A DNA stretch of 29,015 nucleotides from Bdellovibrionales bacterium (GTDB taxonomy: Bacteria > Bdellovibrionota > Bdellovibrionia > Bdellovibrionales > UBA1609). The stretch is from assembly GCA_020434645.1 (NCBI GenBank), contig JAGRAK010000001.1, positions 1-29,015 on the forward strand, given 5' to 3'. Both the position numbers and the translations under genes were made by a program. The notes beneath the pieces were generated by a model, which worked only from the letters and a program-made list of their open reading frames with translations, had not been told where the DNA came from and did no database searches. This document shows, in pieces, positions 1 to 8,754 of the stretch (position 1 is its first letter; each line of letters begins with the position of its first letter).

Positions 1-166
1 CGTCTGCTTAATAAGTTCATCATGCTGCAATGCTTCAAGTCTTATGCCATCTCACCGGCGCTAATAAGGCCTCTGAGCGCAGGGTTCAAACGGTGAAGCT
101 GTCGTTAATCGGCATCTTGTGCAATTTTCGGCTGCTGTTTTGATCTCTATGTAATATGTTCAGCCC

Positions 167-1345
167 ATGTCAAATTTAGAGCTATTTCTTATTGTTTTAT
201 GCTGCTTACTTTTTATTGGCCTCATATACATGACCCTGCAGCTATATCGAGCGCGACTGGCACTCGCACAATCTGCCGCCGCCCAACAGGGCGAGGCTTA
301 TATGGCAGAAAAATTTCGCTCCATTGCTGCGCAAACTTTAGAGGGCAGCTCTCAACAATTCTTGCAACTAGCCAAGACAACCCTTGAAAAAGAAAACGTC
401 GTGGCCAGTTCAGAGCTTGAAAAAAGAAAAGTCGAAATTACCAATGTCGTTGAGCCCCTTACAAAAAAACTTGAAGAATACGAAGCCAACCTAAAAACTA
501 TAGAGCGCGAACGACAGAAGTCTTACACTCTTGTCGAACAAGAGCTCAAGCGCGTCGTCGAACTCAGCACAGTTTTAAATATAGAAACCTCAGCATTGAA
601 AAACGCTCTTAAAAAGCCTCACATTCGTGGACGATGGGGAGAAGTGCAGCTTAAAAATTGTATTGAACTTGCCGGAATGTCTGAGTTTGCTGACGTGACT
701 TTTCAAGACTCATCTACTCTCGAGGACGGTCGCTTGATCCCTGATATGACGGTTAGAATGCCAGGCGGCCGAATAGTTGTCGTTGATGCAAAAACTCCGA
801 TAGAGGCTTTTATGTCTTCACTCGAGGCCACTGATGATGAGACTCGGGCAACTGAGCTCGCCAGACATGGGCGACACGTCAAAGACCATGTAAAAAAACT
901 TTCACAAAAAGCTTATTCAGAGCACCTCAAAGAATCTGCCGACTTTACTGTTATGTTTTTGCCTAATGAATCTTTTTTGTATGCCGCCTTAGAGTCTGAA
1001 TCTGATTTAATGGAATTTGCCATTCAGAAAAAAATATTAATCGCAACGCCACCAACACTCATAGGTCTTTTAAAAGTTATTCGCTACGGATGGAACGAAG
1101 AGCGTCTTGCCGAAAATGCACAAAAAATATCAGAAGTTGGGACTGAACTTCACAAGCGCGTCGTCGACTTTGTCGAGACATTTTTAAATATCGGAAAATA
1201 TCTAGATAAAGCCAAAGACGAATATCACACTGGGCTTACTCGACTTGAAAGTCGGGTCATCATACAAGCAAAACGACTTGAGCAACTCGGAGCTAAGAGC
1301 AATAAAGATCTCCCAGGAGCTGTGGATTCTAACTTACTGACTTAA
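167..1345 (+). CDS. rmuC: DNA recombination protein RmuC
   Basis: N-terminal TM segment, coiled coil, then RmuC motifs RGRWGEVQL, PDMTVRMPGGRIVVVDAKTP, DFTVMFLPNESFL, IATPPTLIGLLK. Confidence 0.93.
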   Translation: MSNLELFLIVLCCLLFIGLIYMTLQLYRARLALAQSAAAQQGEAYMAEKFRSIAAQTLEGSSQQFLQLAKTTLEKENVVASSELEKRKVEITNVVEPLTKKLEEYEANLKTIERERQKSYTLVEQELKRVVELSTVLNIETSALKNALKKPHIRGRWGEVQLKNCIELAGMSEFADVTFQDSSTLEDGRLIPDMTVRMPGGRIVVVDAKTPIEAFMSSLEATDDETRATELARHGRHVKDHVKKLSQKAYSEHLKESADFTVMFLPNESFLYAALESESDLMEFAIQKKILIATPPTLIGLLKVIRYGWNEERLAENAQKISEVGTELHKRVVDFVETFLNIGKYLDKAKDEYHTGLTRLESRVIIQAKRLEQLGAKSNKDLPGAVDSNLLT

Positions 1346-1815
1346 ATATTTTCGTCGTCTTCGGACAACTCATCTTTGTGCTTTATAAGGGCTGGCCGAA
1401 TAAGCTCCACCAGGGCGGGCTCAATTCTCATGATTTTCGCATTTGAGTCTGCGTCGTCTCTGGCACACCCTTCATAGTCTATCCCATTATAATCACATTC
1501 ATAAACTATTCGAAGCTTAACGCTTCCGCCCTCTTGCCTAAGCTGAATAATCTGTCTTGCGAAGATTCTTTTGCCACCACTAGTAAATGTGTACTTGCGC
1601 GGATAAGTGAGAAGTATTCCGGTCGCATTATCTACCGTTTTGATCTTATATTTCTTAGACTCCAGAGCTATCTTAACATCTTCTAATACATTCGAAACGC
1701 CTTTATCCGTTGTGAGTAGATACTCTGACGCCGCTCTTGGCTTTGGCGCTGTTGCACAGTTTGAAAGCAAAACTGTTAACGCCATTACTGCAAAACTTTT
1801 TATCAAAAATTTCAT
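1342..1815 (-). CDS. Hypothetical lipoprotein, possibly BamC-like/helix-grip fold
   Basis: Start moved to ATG 1815 (MKFLIK), which overlaps the S28 stop as ATGA. Lipobox LLSNC. Pattern VKIALESKKYKIKTVDNATGILLT resembles BamC-type domains (fold is inference). Stop overlaps the convergent rmuC stop. Confidence 0.7.
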   Translation of the reverse strand: MKFLIKSFAVMALTVLLSNCATAPKPRAASEYLLTTDKGVSNVLEDVKIALESKKYKIKTVDNATGILLTYPRKYTFTSGGKRIFARQIIQLRQEGGSVKLRIVYECDYNGIDYEGCARDDADSNAKIMRIEPALVELIRPALIKHKDELSEDDENI

Positions 1816-3218
1816 AATGATAGCCACTCCAGAGATAAATTATAGAACTCATCTTTTGCACGTACAATTGCTGGAGTAGATTTAGAGCCCAAATCATCAC
1901 AGTGTGCTGCCCCTGGTATAACTAAACTTTGCAGGGCAGGGTTTGTGAGGTTCCCATTTAGTTCTGTGATTGATAGGTTCATCCAAGGGTCTTCACTGCC
2001 ATTTGTAAAATAGATTTTGCTCGTCTGAGTATCAAGTAACGGCAAATAAAAATTATTATTTGTCTGCTCAACCGGAGCTGGTGTTTTAATTCCAAAAAGG
2101 CGCTCACATAGTCGCTCATGATAGCTGGCATTAATTCGAGCCGACCTTGATCGCAAAGAGCTATCAGACGAAGCGTTCTGCCAATAGCCGTACTCTGTGC
2201 AGCTTTGATAGAACCATTGGCGCATTCCCACTCCTGTGCTGTTCTTCGCAAGGCTTATGTCTTCAGCCGCTTGCGCACTCATATCTACAAGATTACCAAA
2301 GTAATTTGAAATAAGCTGCACGCCAGTAACGTAACCGGCGCGACCTGATTGCTCTAAATAGCTACAGAATTTAGTTCGTAGACCATACTGAACTGCCGCT
2401 GCAGCAGAATCGGCGAGCAAATATAAAAAATCATCACGATCTCTTAAGACGCTCGCATTAAATTCGGCTTTAACTGCTACAAAACCCTCGTCAGTCACAA
2501 TTTCAGATTCGATTTGCGACACAGTAGACATAATCGCAGACAAACACTTTTGGCCAGCCATACGAGCTATATGTTCATCGTACTCACTAAAATCTAAATC
2601 AGCCATAACTGGAGCCGACGACGCCAGCGCTCCAGCAAACTGATGAGGATACAACGCTCGCGCATAGGCTGATAGTGACCCCGGGTAGCTGCCGCCTATG
2701 GTGATCCACTTTCCGCTCAGACCCAATTCTTTTTGCATCTGACTTTGAAAGGCCACTAAATCTTTTAGTGCAAATTCGGTAGTTAAATATTTTAAATTAT
2801 GAGTTTGCAAATCGGCAAATGGCTGACTGTGACCATAGTAACGATGCTCTAGTGCAAAAACATGAGCCCCAAGCTTTTGAGCATGAATGGCCGTTTGCCC
2901 TCCGACCGCGTATTCACCGCATGCCCCTTCTCCACAAACAAACAGAAGCACTGGCGCATCGACTCCGCGTGCGTAAGAACTGTTGCGCCAATATCTCTGC
3001 TTAAAAGTTCTGAGGTCACTTTTTGAATTATGATCTAATTTCTGTTCAATATTGCCAGCAACCGTGACCTCTTCGAATATACGAAATGGTGACCGTATTT
3101 GCGGGCGTTCAGCCTGCTCAAGCGAACGGCGTAACATGATATATTCTTTGGGATCTGCCTTGGCAGTAGCAAAAAATAACATTGAAAGAGCGACAACTAA
3201 AAATACTAATTTTTTCAT
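1812..3218 (-). CDS. Secreted serine peptidase, family S28 (prolylcarboxypeptidase/DPP7-like)
   Basis: Start ATG 3218 (MKKLVF) after a GGGGGG RBS; signal peptide. Motifs EQKLDH, FKQRYW, EHRYYGHS, GGSYPG (Ser), ASSAPV, WFYQSCTEYG, TNGSEDPW (Asp), AHCDDL (His). Confidence 0.9.
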   Translation of the reverse strand: MKKLVFLVVALSMLFFATAKADPKEYIMLRRSLEQAERPQIRSPFRIFEEVTVAGNIEQKLDHNSKSDLRTFKQRYWRNSSYARGVDAPVLLFVCGEGACGEYAVGGQTAIHAQKLGAHVFALEHRYYGHSQPFADLQTHNLKYLTTEFALKDLVAFQSQMQKELGLSGKWITIGGSYPGSLSAYARALYPHQFAGALASSAPVMADLDFSEYDEHIARMAGQKCLSAIMSTVSQIESEIVTDEGFVAVKAEFNASVLRDRDDFLYLLADSAAAAVQYGLRTKFCSYLEQSGRAGYVTGVQLISNYFGNLVDMSAQAAEDISLAKNSTGVGMRQWFYQSCTEYGYWQNASSDSSLRSRSARINASYHERLCERLFGIKTPAPVEQTNNNFYLPLLDTQTSKIYFTNGSEDPWMNLSITELNGNLTNPALQSLVIPGAAHCDDLGSKSTPAIVRAKDEFYNLSLEWLSL

Positions 3219-3290
3219 GAATCCCCCCACGGAACATGAAACATCTATCAGACATGCAAATAAAGCGAAAGTGCTAAGTTCTGAACTCTA

Positions 3291-4349
3291 TTAAAATGTC
3301 AGCCCAGCTTGAAATAAAGTCGTGGTCACTCGCCCGACGTCAGAACCATTAAGATTAAACAGTTCAGATTTTGTGCCCAGCCCCAATACAACCGAATCAT
3401 ATCGACCGGTTACCCCAAGGCCGTACTCATCACCAGCAAGAGAAAAACTAAAAGACAGCAAATCTGAGAATTCATAAATTCCACCAAATCTGAACCGATC
3501 ACCAATTCGCGTTACATCTGGCCGCGCGGTATAGTGTATGGATGTTCGTAATTTCTTGTTTAAATATTCTGGAGAAGTTGAGTACCCAATTTCTGGTCTC
3601 GCTACATCGGGGACACTCCTGTCAGATTCATATAGCCGCAGATGAGTCAGCACAAGAGAAACATGAGACTCCCATGCCGAATGCCATGAATAAGTCATCG
3701 CGGGTTCAAAATAGACAATATTATTTTCTACGACATTGATTTTACGTGTGCCTGAAATAACATCTAAAAGCGCAAACTCATCTCGAAATTGATTGTTTTG
3801 CACATAGCGTAGATTTGCACCTATTTTAAAATTTAAATCTTCAGCTACAAATACACCACCCCGCATAGATACTTCTCTCTGAAATGAAACATGTGAAGAA
3901 ACGATCGGATATGCCGGGTTTGTTACTGCGCTCGCCACTGCCAATCGAGCTGGAGTAACGGCCACTGCCCACCAATCATATTGCCACCAACTTGTCGCGA
4001 GATCATAGGCCACAAGAGGTTTGGGATTATCTAATATGCGATTAATAATTGATTCTGACTCATGATCTTGAAGTTCGTTAATATAACCTGAAACTTCAGT
4101 CACATTGTTATCTAGATTTAAATTAAAGTTTAATTTATTTTCAACTTCACCCGCCATAAACGCAGGGTTACAGTTCAAATTTAACCTAGTGGCGCGCAAA
4201 GAATAGCACGTTCGGCCAAGAATAAACCCTTCAACCCCCATGTATTGATCATCGTAATTCACATTTTTAAAAGTTGGCGACAGTTGGGCATTTGCATTTA
4301 CCGCAGAAATAAAAATTGCCACAATTACAAATATGAACTGCAACTTCAT
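3291..4349 (-). CDS. Outer-membrane beta-barrel protein, FadL/PorV/TraF-like
   Basis: Signal peptide, early NPAFM motif, alternating amphipathic strands, C-terminal Phe (FQAGLTF). Family assignment is inference. Confidence 0.65.
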   Translation of the reverse strand: MKLQFIFVIVAIFISAVNANAQLSPTFKNVNYDDQYMGVEGFILGRTCYSLRATRLNLNCNPAFMAGEVENKLNFNLNLDNNVTEVSGYINELQDHESESIINRILDNPKPLVAYDLATSWWQYDWWAVAVTPARLAVASAVTNPAYPIVSSHVSFQREVSMRGGVFVAEDLNFKIGANLRYVQNNQFRDEFALLDVISGTRKINVVENNIVYFEPAMTYSWHSAWESHVSLVLTHLRLYESDRSVPDVARPEIGYSTSPEYLNKKLRTSIHYTARPDVTRIGDRFRFGGIYEFSDLLSFSFSLAGDEYGLGVTGRYDSVVLGLGTKSELFNLNGSDVGRVTTTLFQAGLTF

Positions 4350-5206
4350 TTTTTACATTTCCCGCCGAACTGCACAGTCAAAATTGAAACATCTATCGTG
4401 TTCGCCACTGATAGGCTGTTTAATGCTCCTCGGGCAGAATCAAAGTTTTTGTTTATTTGCGCCGTTGTTCTAAATAGGGCTGATTGCTTGTTCTCTTTTA
4501 CACTTGAAGAAATAAAATCACTCATGACGCCCGTTACATCTTTTTGAAGGCTATAGAGTTGGTTTGCCAGCACAGATAAATTCACTTCGCAGTTTGCCAT
4601 GCCGAGCATTTCGTATTTTGTTCTTAAATCATTTTTAAGCAGAGCCAGTCTAAGTAGACCTCTATACAAAATGGCGCCGCCCATATAGTTCGGCTCTACG
4701 ATTAATATTGAAACGGCTTGTTGCAAATCTCGATGATCTGCCGGAGAAAGAGTGGGGATGATTGAAAATATCCCGATCAGTTCATTAATTTGGTAAATGA
4801 TTTTATATACACTTTCAAAAGCAGCAAGCAGACTCTTCTGCTCTGAACTTTTCGCATTCTCTTCAATTCTATTAAAAATCAACTTCGAATGCGTAGCCCA
4901 GTAGACTTCTGCGCCTTTTATTTTGGCGGCGATTTGCTGGCCAATATCGTAATACTGATTCATAAAAACCCCTGCGCGGGCAGCAAATGCAGAGGCCAAT
5001 ATAAGACGAGCTACACGATCTGAAGGGTCATCTTCTAGCCGCTGCGACATGATGGCAATGGCGGTATTGAAGTTCCCCTCACTGATCTGCTGATTGGCCT
5101 GATCATACTCAGACTCAATTGGAGCCTGAAGTTCACCTGAACAGCCAATAGACAAGGCTGTAAAAACTATAGCAAGAATACGTGTATAACGTCGGCTGGT
5201 CATCAT
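4346..5206 (-). CDS. Hypothetical helical lipoprotein with an N-terminal TPR-like motif
   Basis: Likely start at MMTSRR (5206). Lipobox LSIGC. TPR-like segment EYDQANQQISEGNFNTAIAIM...ARLILASAFAARAG. Stop overlaps the downstream barrel start (ATGA). Confidence 0.7.
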   Translation of the reverse strand: MMTSRRYTRILAIVFTALSIGCSGELQAPIESEYDQANQQISEGNFNTAIAIMSQRLEDDPSDRVARLILASAFAARAGVFMNQYYDIGQQIAAKIKGAEVYWATHSKLIFNRIEENAKSSEQKSLLAAFESVYKIIYQINELIGIFSIIPTLSPADHRDLQQAVSILIVEPNYMGGAILYRGLLRLALLKNDLRTKYEMLGMANCEVNLSVLANQLYSLQKDVTGVMSDFISSSVKENKQSALFRTTAQINKNFDSARGALNSLSVANTIDVSILTVQFGGKCKK

Positions 5207-5323
5207 GCCCTGTAAGTGAGCAATTGCTGTGCCAGAACCCCGTATATTTGATCTCATGTAATATTAACACTGTGCACAATAAGTTCTTGCATAATTAATG
5301 CTTTGTGTCATAAGACATCCACT

Positions 5324-6232
5324 ATGACAAAAATTGTACTTTCGATCTTCATAATAGCCGCCACTTATTATTCAACACCGACTTTCGCGCTAGATAAAAA
5401 TCTTGCCGATGCGCTGGCCTTAGGCGCCTCTAGAGGCCTCTCGCTAGAGGTCAAGAGTCGTGAGGTGATATCAAGTTCAGCATCATCCATCGTCTTCGAA
5501 TTGCAATTGTATAATAAGCTCACCGGCGACATAAAGCTTTACGAGAGAGTTCCTGTACTTCGCACGAAGGGACGCTTGCCAACAACTTTTGTTTTAAGTG
5601 GGCTGCAAACTGGTCGCGATGCAATTTTTCTTGTCCCTGAAATTGAAGACATGCGCGTGGTCACTTATGAATATCCGTTTGGTGAAAGTACAGATCCGCA
5701 GGCCATGCTCAGTCAGGCCGGGCAGAAAATTTTACTAATGAACGCGCAAATTGTCGCCGCCTATTTGTGGCTTACACAACAGGCCGATGTTGACCCCGCC
5801 GGACTATATTCTCTCAATATTAGTTTTGGCTCCTTTGTTGCTCCGTATGCTTTACGCATTCTTGCCGAAATGGGGATTTCACCTTCACGCACTGTTTTTG
5901 CCTTTGGTGGCAGCGATCTCGCGCCATTTTTTCATCCGCTACTAAAGCGTGATCTAAAAATTGATGTTGACCCCGAAAAGGTCATGAATCTAACCGAAAA
6001 ACTGTCTGTGGCCGTCAGCCCCACACAACACCTTAAGCATCTTAAAGGGCCATTCTTAATTATTCGCGGATTAAAAGACAACACAATCCCCGAGCTTAGC
6101 AGCATGTCACTTTACAACAATCTGCCAGAACCCAAAATGTTGATCGAGCTGAATACTGAACACATTAACACCGATAAGCCAGACGTCATTTTAGAGACTA
6201 TGACATCTGTTGTGAATTGGCTTTCGCAGTAA
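5324..6232 (+). CDS. Secreted alpha/beta-hydrolase-fold protein
   Basis: Start probably ATG 5324 (ORF track gives 5303). Signal peptide. Nucleophile-elbow-like NISFG, acid RGLKDNTIP and His TEHIN in the expected order. Confidence 0.6.
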   Translation: MTKIVLSIFIIAATYYSTPTFALDKNLADALALGASRGLSLEVKSREVISSSASSIVFELQLYNKLTGDIKLYERVPVLRTKGRLPTTFVLSGLQTGRDAIFLVPEIEDMRVVTYEYPFGESTDPQAMLSQAGQKILLMNAQIVAAYLWLTQQADVDPAGLYSLNISFGSFVAPYALRILAEMGISPSRTVFAFGGSDLAPFFHPLLKRDLKIDVDPEKVMNLTEKLSVAVSPTQHLKHLKGPFLIIRGLKDNTIPELSSMSLYNNLPEPKMLIELNTEHINTDKPDVILETMTSVVNWLSQ

Positions 6233-6240
6233 TCTTCCTG

Positions 6241-6268
6241 TTGTTTCTGCGCCCATAAACTGTACTAT
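6241..6268 (+). promoter_or_regulatory. Putative sigma70 promoter of the antiporter gene
   Basis: TTGTTT (6241-6246), 16 bp spacer, TACTAT (6263-6268), 8 nt before ATG 6277. Confidence 0.4.
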
Positions 6269-6276
6269 TATTCTTA

Positions 6277-7515
6277 ATGACAAATATCGGCGAACAAATA
6301 TTCGAATGGCTCCAGCTTCATAGTGGGAGCGAACTCGGCTACGGCTTTCTCATCGTACTGCTGTTTATCGTGCCCCGCTTATTATTAAAATTTGGCATAC
6401 CGATGGCGCTTACCGCATTTGTTCTAGGCCTAACAGTTAAAATTGGATTTAACTTTTATGATACCGATAACGTAATCCCCATTTTTTCTACTCTTGGCAT
6501 AATTTCGCTATTTCTATTTGCCGGACTTGAGGTCGACCTAATCGCACTCAGAAAAACCATTCGACCGATTGCAGGTCATATCGGTTTTCGCATCTTAGTT
6601 GTCAGCGTGCTTGCCGCTGTATTTTCAAGCTTGCACAGTCTGACCCCCGCAACAGCAATTGTGTTGGCTTTGGCTCTAGCGACTCCATCAACTGGTTTTA
6701 TTTTAGATACCCTAGCCTCATCTGCAATGTCTGACGGGCAAAAATTTTGGATAAAATTAAAAGCTATTTCTGCTGAGCTTGTCGCCCTCGGAGCACTTTT
6801 AATTATTTCACAGATGCGCAGTGTGGCCAGTCTTGTGGGCTCTCTTTTAATTATCGGCATTATGGTTCTCGTATTGCCTTACTTGCTTAAAAAATTGGCG
6901 GACACTTTAGAGAAATTAGCTCCAGGATCTGAGTTCAGCTTTATTATGATGCTCGCTATTATTTCAGGCCTCATCACTAAAAAATTGGGAGCCTATTATT
7001 TGGTTGGCGCGTTCTTAGTCGGCATGGCCGCCGGGCAATATAAACGTCAATCTCCAAGCGCAAGCACCGATCAAGTTCTTCAATCTATGAGATCATTTTC
7101 AACCTTCTTTATGCCGTTTTACTTCTTTAATTCTGGTCTCAAAATGCCATACGATGCTTTTTCATTAGATGCTCTTTATGTTGCCGCAATATTTTTACTA
7201 GTCTCAGCCCCAATCAAAGTGGGCACAATTATTCTTCATCGTCGAATGTCACTTGTTGAAAGCTGGAAGGACAGCCTAGCTATTGCCGTATCACTTATGC
7301 CGAATCTGATTTTCGGTCTCGTGCTTGCTGACATTCTGAAAAACAAAATGGGCCTATCTGTTTCAATTTACGGTGGATTAGTTATTTACACTTTGTTTAT
7401 AACAATGCTTTCACCCCTGCTTCTCCGCTTTATGCCTGGTGGTAAAAATCTTGAGCTCGTCACCAGCAGCCCTGAAGACATTGAGTTTGCTAACCATCGC
7501 GCAAAACTAAATTAG
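6277..7515 (+). CDS. Cation:proton antiporter (CPA2 / Na+/H+ exchanger family)
   Basis: About 12 hydrophobic segments. Motifs LGIISLFLFAGLEVDL, ALATPST, LVGAFLVG, FMPFYFFNSGL. No C-terminal TrkA domain. Confidence 0.88.
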   Translation: MTNIGEQIFEWLQLHSGSELGYGFLIVLLFIVPRLLLKFGIPMALTAFVLGLTVKIGFNFYDTDNVIPIFSTLGIISLFLFAGLEVDLIALRKTIRPIAGHIGFRILVVSVLAAVFSSLHSLTPATAIVLALALATPSTGFILDTLASSAMSDGQKFWIKLKAISAELVALGALLIISQMRSVASLVGSLLIIGIMVLVLPYLLKKLADTLEKLAPGSEFSFIMMLAIISGLITKKLGAYYLVGAFLVGMAAGQYKRQSPSASTDQVLQSMRSFSTFFMPFYFFNSGLKMPYDAFSLDALYVAAIFLLVSAPIKVGTIILHRRMSLVESWKDSLAIAVSLMPNLIFGLVLADILKNKMGLSVSIYGGLVIYTLFITMLSPLLLRFMPGGKNLELVTSSPEDIEFANHRAKLN

Positions 7516-7520
7516 TTTAT

Positions 7521-7537
7521 TTGGCACGCCTCTCGCA
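7521..7537 (+). promoter_or_regulatory. Putative sigma54 (-24/-12) promoter
   Basis: TTGGCACG-CCTC-TCGCA: GG at 7523-7524 and GC at 7535-7536, exactly 10 nt apart. One mismatch to TGGCACG-N4-TTGC. Confidence 0.5.
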
Positions 7538-7583
7538 ATGAATTCTATATGTAAACTCTAACTCGGCCACACTGGAGATAATC

Positions 7584-8096
7584 GTGAATTCATTGAAAAT
7601 TTTATTTGCTCTCATGACTTTATTTACATTCAATATTGCGCAGGCATCGAAAGGTGAGATTGTTAAGATCTGCTCGTTCACAGTTAAATTTCCGGGAGAA
7701 GCGTCGAGCGTTCCCACTGTTTATACAATCGTGAAGAGCGATAACCAACTCATTGCTAAAGCCACTCAAGTAGTCGAAAAGCATCCCGTCAATTTGCCAG
7801 ATGAGCCGGCAATTATCACGGAGTTCTCCGTTCGCGCAGACGTCTCACGAGATACACCTGATAGAAATTTAGCTGAAGACCTCATTGCAGGCACAATTGA
7901 ATTTTTAGACTCTGAGGAGTTTCGCGGCGAATTTTCAGTAGGTCTTGATTTAAATTCAATACGTCAGGCAAAAGTTTACCAGGTTGGTCAGTTCACTCAC
8001 ATGGGCGGCACTGTTATTATAGAAGCCCGAGATCAAAATGGCAAAGCCATGGGCTCGTTTGTTACTGGCTTTATACCTTTTGCTTGTGAAAATTAA
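7584..8096 (+). CDS. Hypothetical secreted protein
   Basis: GGAG RBS, GTG start, signal peptide ending AQA. No recognisable family. Confidence 0.7.
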   Translation: MNSLKILFALMTLFTFNIAQASKGEIVKICSFTVKFPGEASSVPTVYTIVKSDNQLIAKATQVVEKHPVNLPDEPAIITEFSVRADVSRDTPDRNLAEDLIAGTIEFLDSEEFRGEFSVGLDLNSIRQAKVYQVGQFTHMGGTVIIEARDQNGKAMGSFVTGFIPFACEN

Positions 8097-8109
8097 TTAT
8101 GAAAATGTC

Positions 8110-8754
8110 TTAAAAATCAAATATTTTTAAAAACCCCATGTTTATATATAATGGCATGGCTACAACTAGCATGACCTCATTCAATTTGACTTCTTCAAGT
8201 GAAGTTGTCAGCTCAGTCGTCGCCGAATATTGTTCTTTGTATTTTAGCGTATTGTACGAAATATCTACGCTCATGTATTTAAAAACATGCACTCCTAGCT
8301 TCATACCAAATCCTTTGCCAGAGTATTTGTCATCTTCATTTGCTCCTGAAGAAAACTGCATCTCAGATGAAAAAATATATTTTGGTATAATACGAAATCG
8401 ACCAGCATTAAAAAGTATAATTATACTCCCATCTACTTTATTTGCAGTGTCTACGTTAGCGGCAGCACCACCTGTTTTTGACTCTAGATCTATTAGTCCG
8501 AGTAAGTACTCGCCTCCTAGTCCAAATGATTTAGACGGAGTGGCCATAGCTATAGATGCGCCATACGTTAATCCTGCATAATCATGTTCTGTAGAGTCGG
8601 GCTGTGTTGCTTGCTCGCCACTCAAGCTCATTTGATAACCCACATTCGGCTCTATCAAAAAGTTTATGTAACCACTAGCCAAGGCTTGTGAGCCGAACAG
8701 TATTAAAAAGCTAAAAATAAAAAAATGTCTGAATTTTACCGTATGTATTGTCAT
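8110..8754 (-). CDS. Small outer-membrane beta-barrel protein (OmpA/OmpW-like)
   Basis: GGGGAG RBS 5 nt before ATG, signal peptide, amphipathic strands (IEPNVGY, GLTYGASI, GFGMKLG), ends in Phe. Overlaps the upstream gene by 44 bp. Confidence 0.72.
   Translation of the reverse strand: MTIHTVKFRHFFIFSFLILFGSQALASGYINFLIEPNVGYQMSLSGEQATQPDSTEHDYAGLTYGASIAMATPSKSFGLGGEYLLGLIDLESKTGGAAANVDTANKVDGSIIILFNAGRFRIIPKYIFSSEMQFSSGANEDDKYSGKGFGMKLGVHVFKYMSVDISYNTLKYKEQYSATTELTTSLEEVKLNEVMLVVAMPLYINMGFLKIFDF

Noticed and set aside
8138-8581. 147 aa plus-strand ORF
   Set aside because: Antisense shadow of the barrel gene; Ser-rich, no RBS or motifs.
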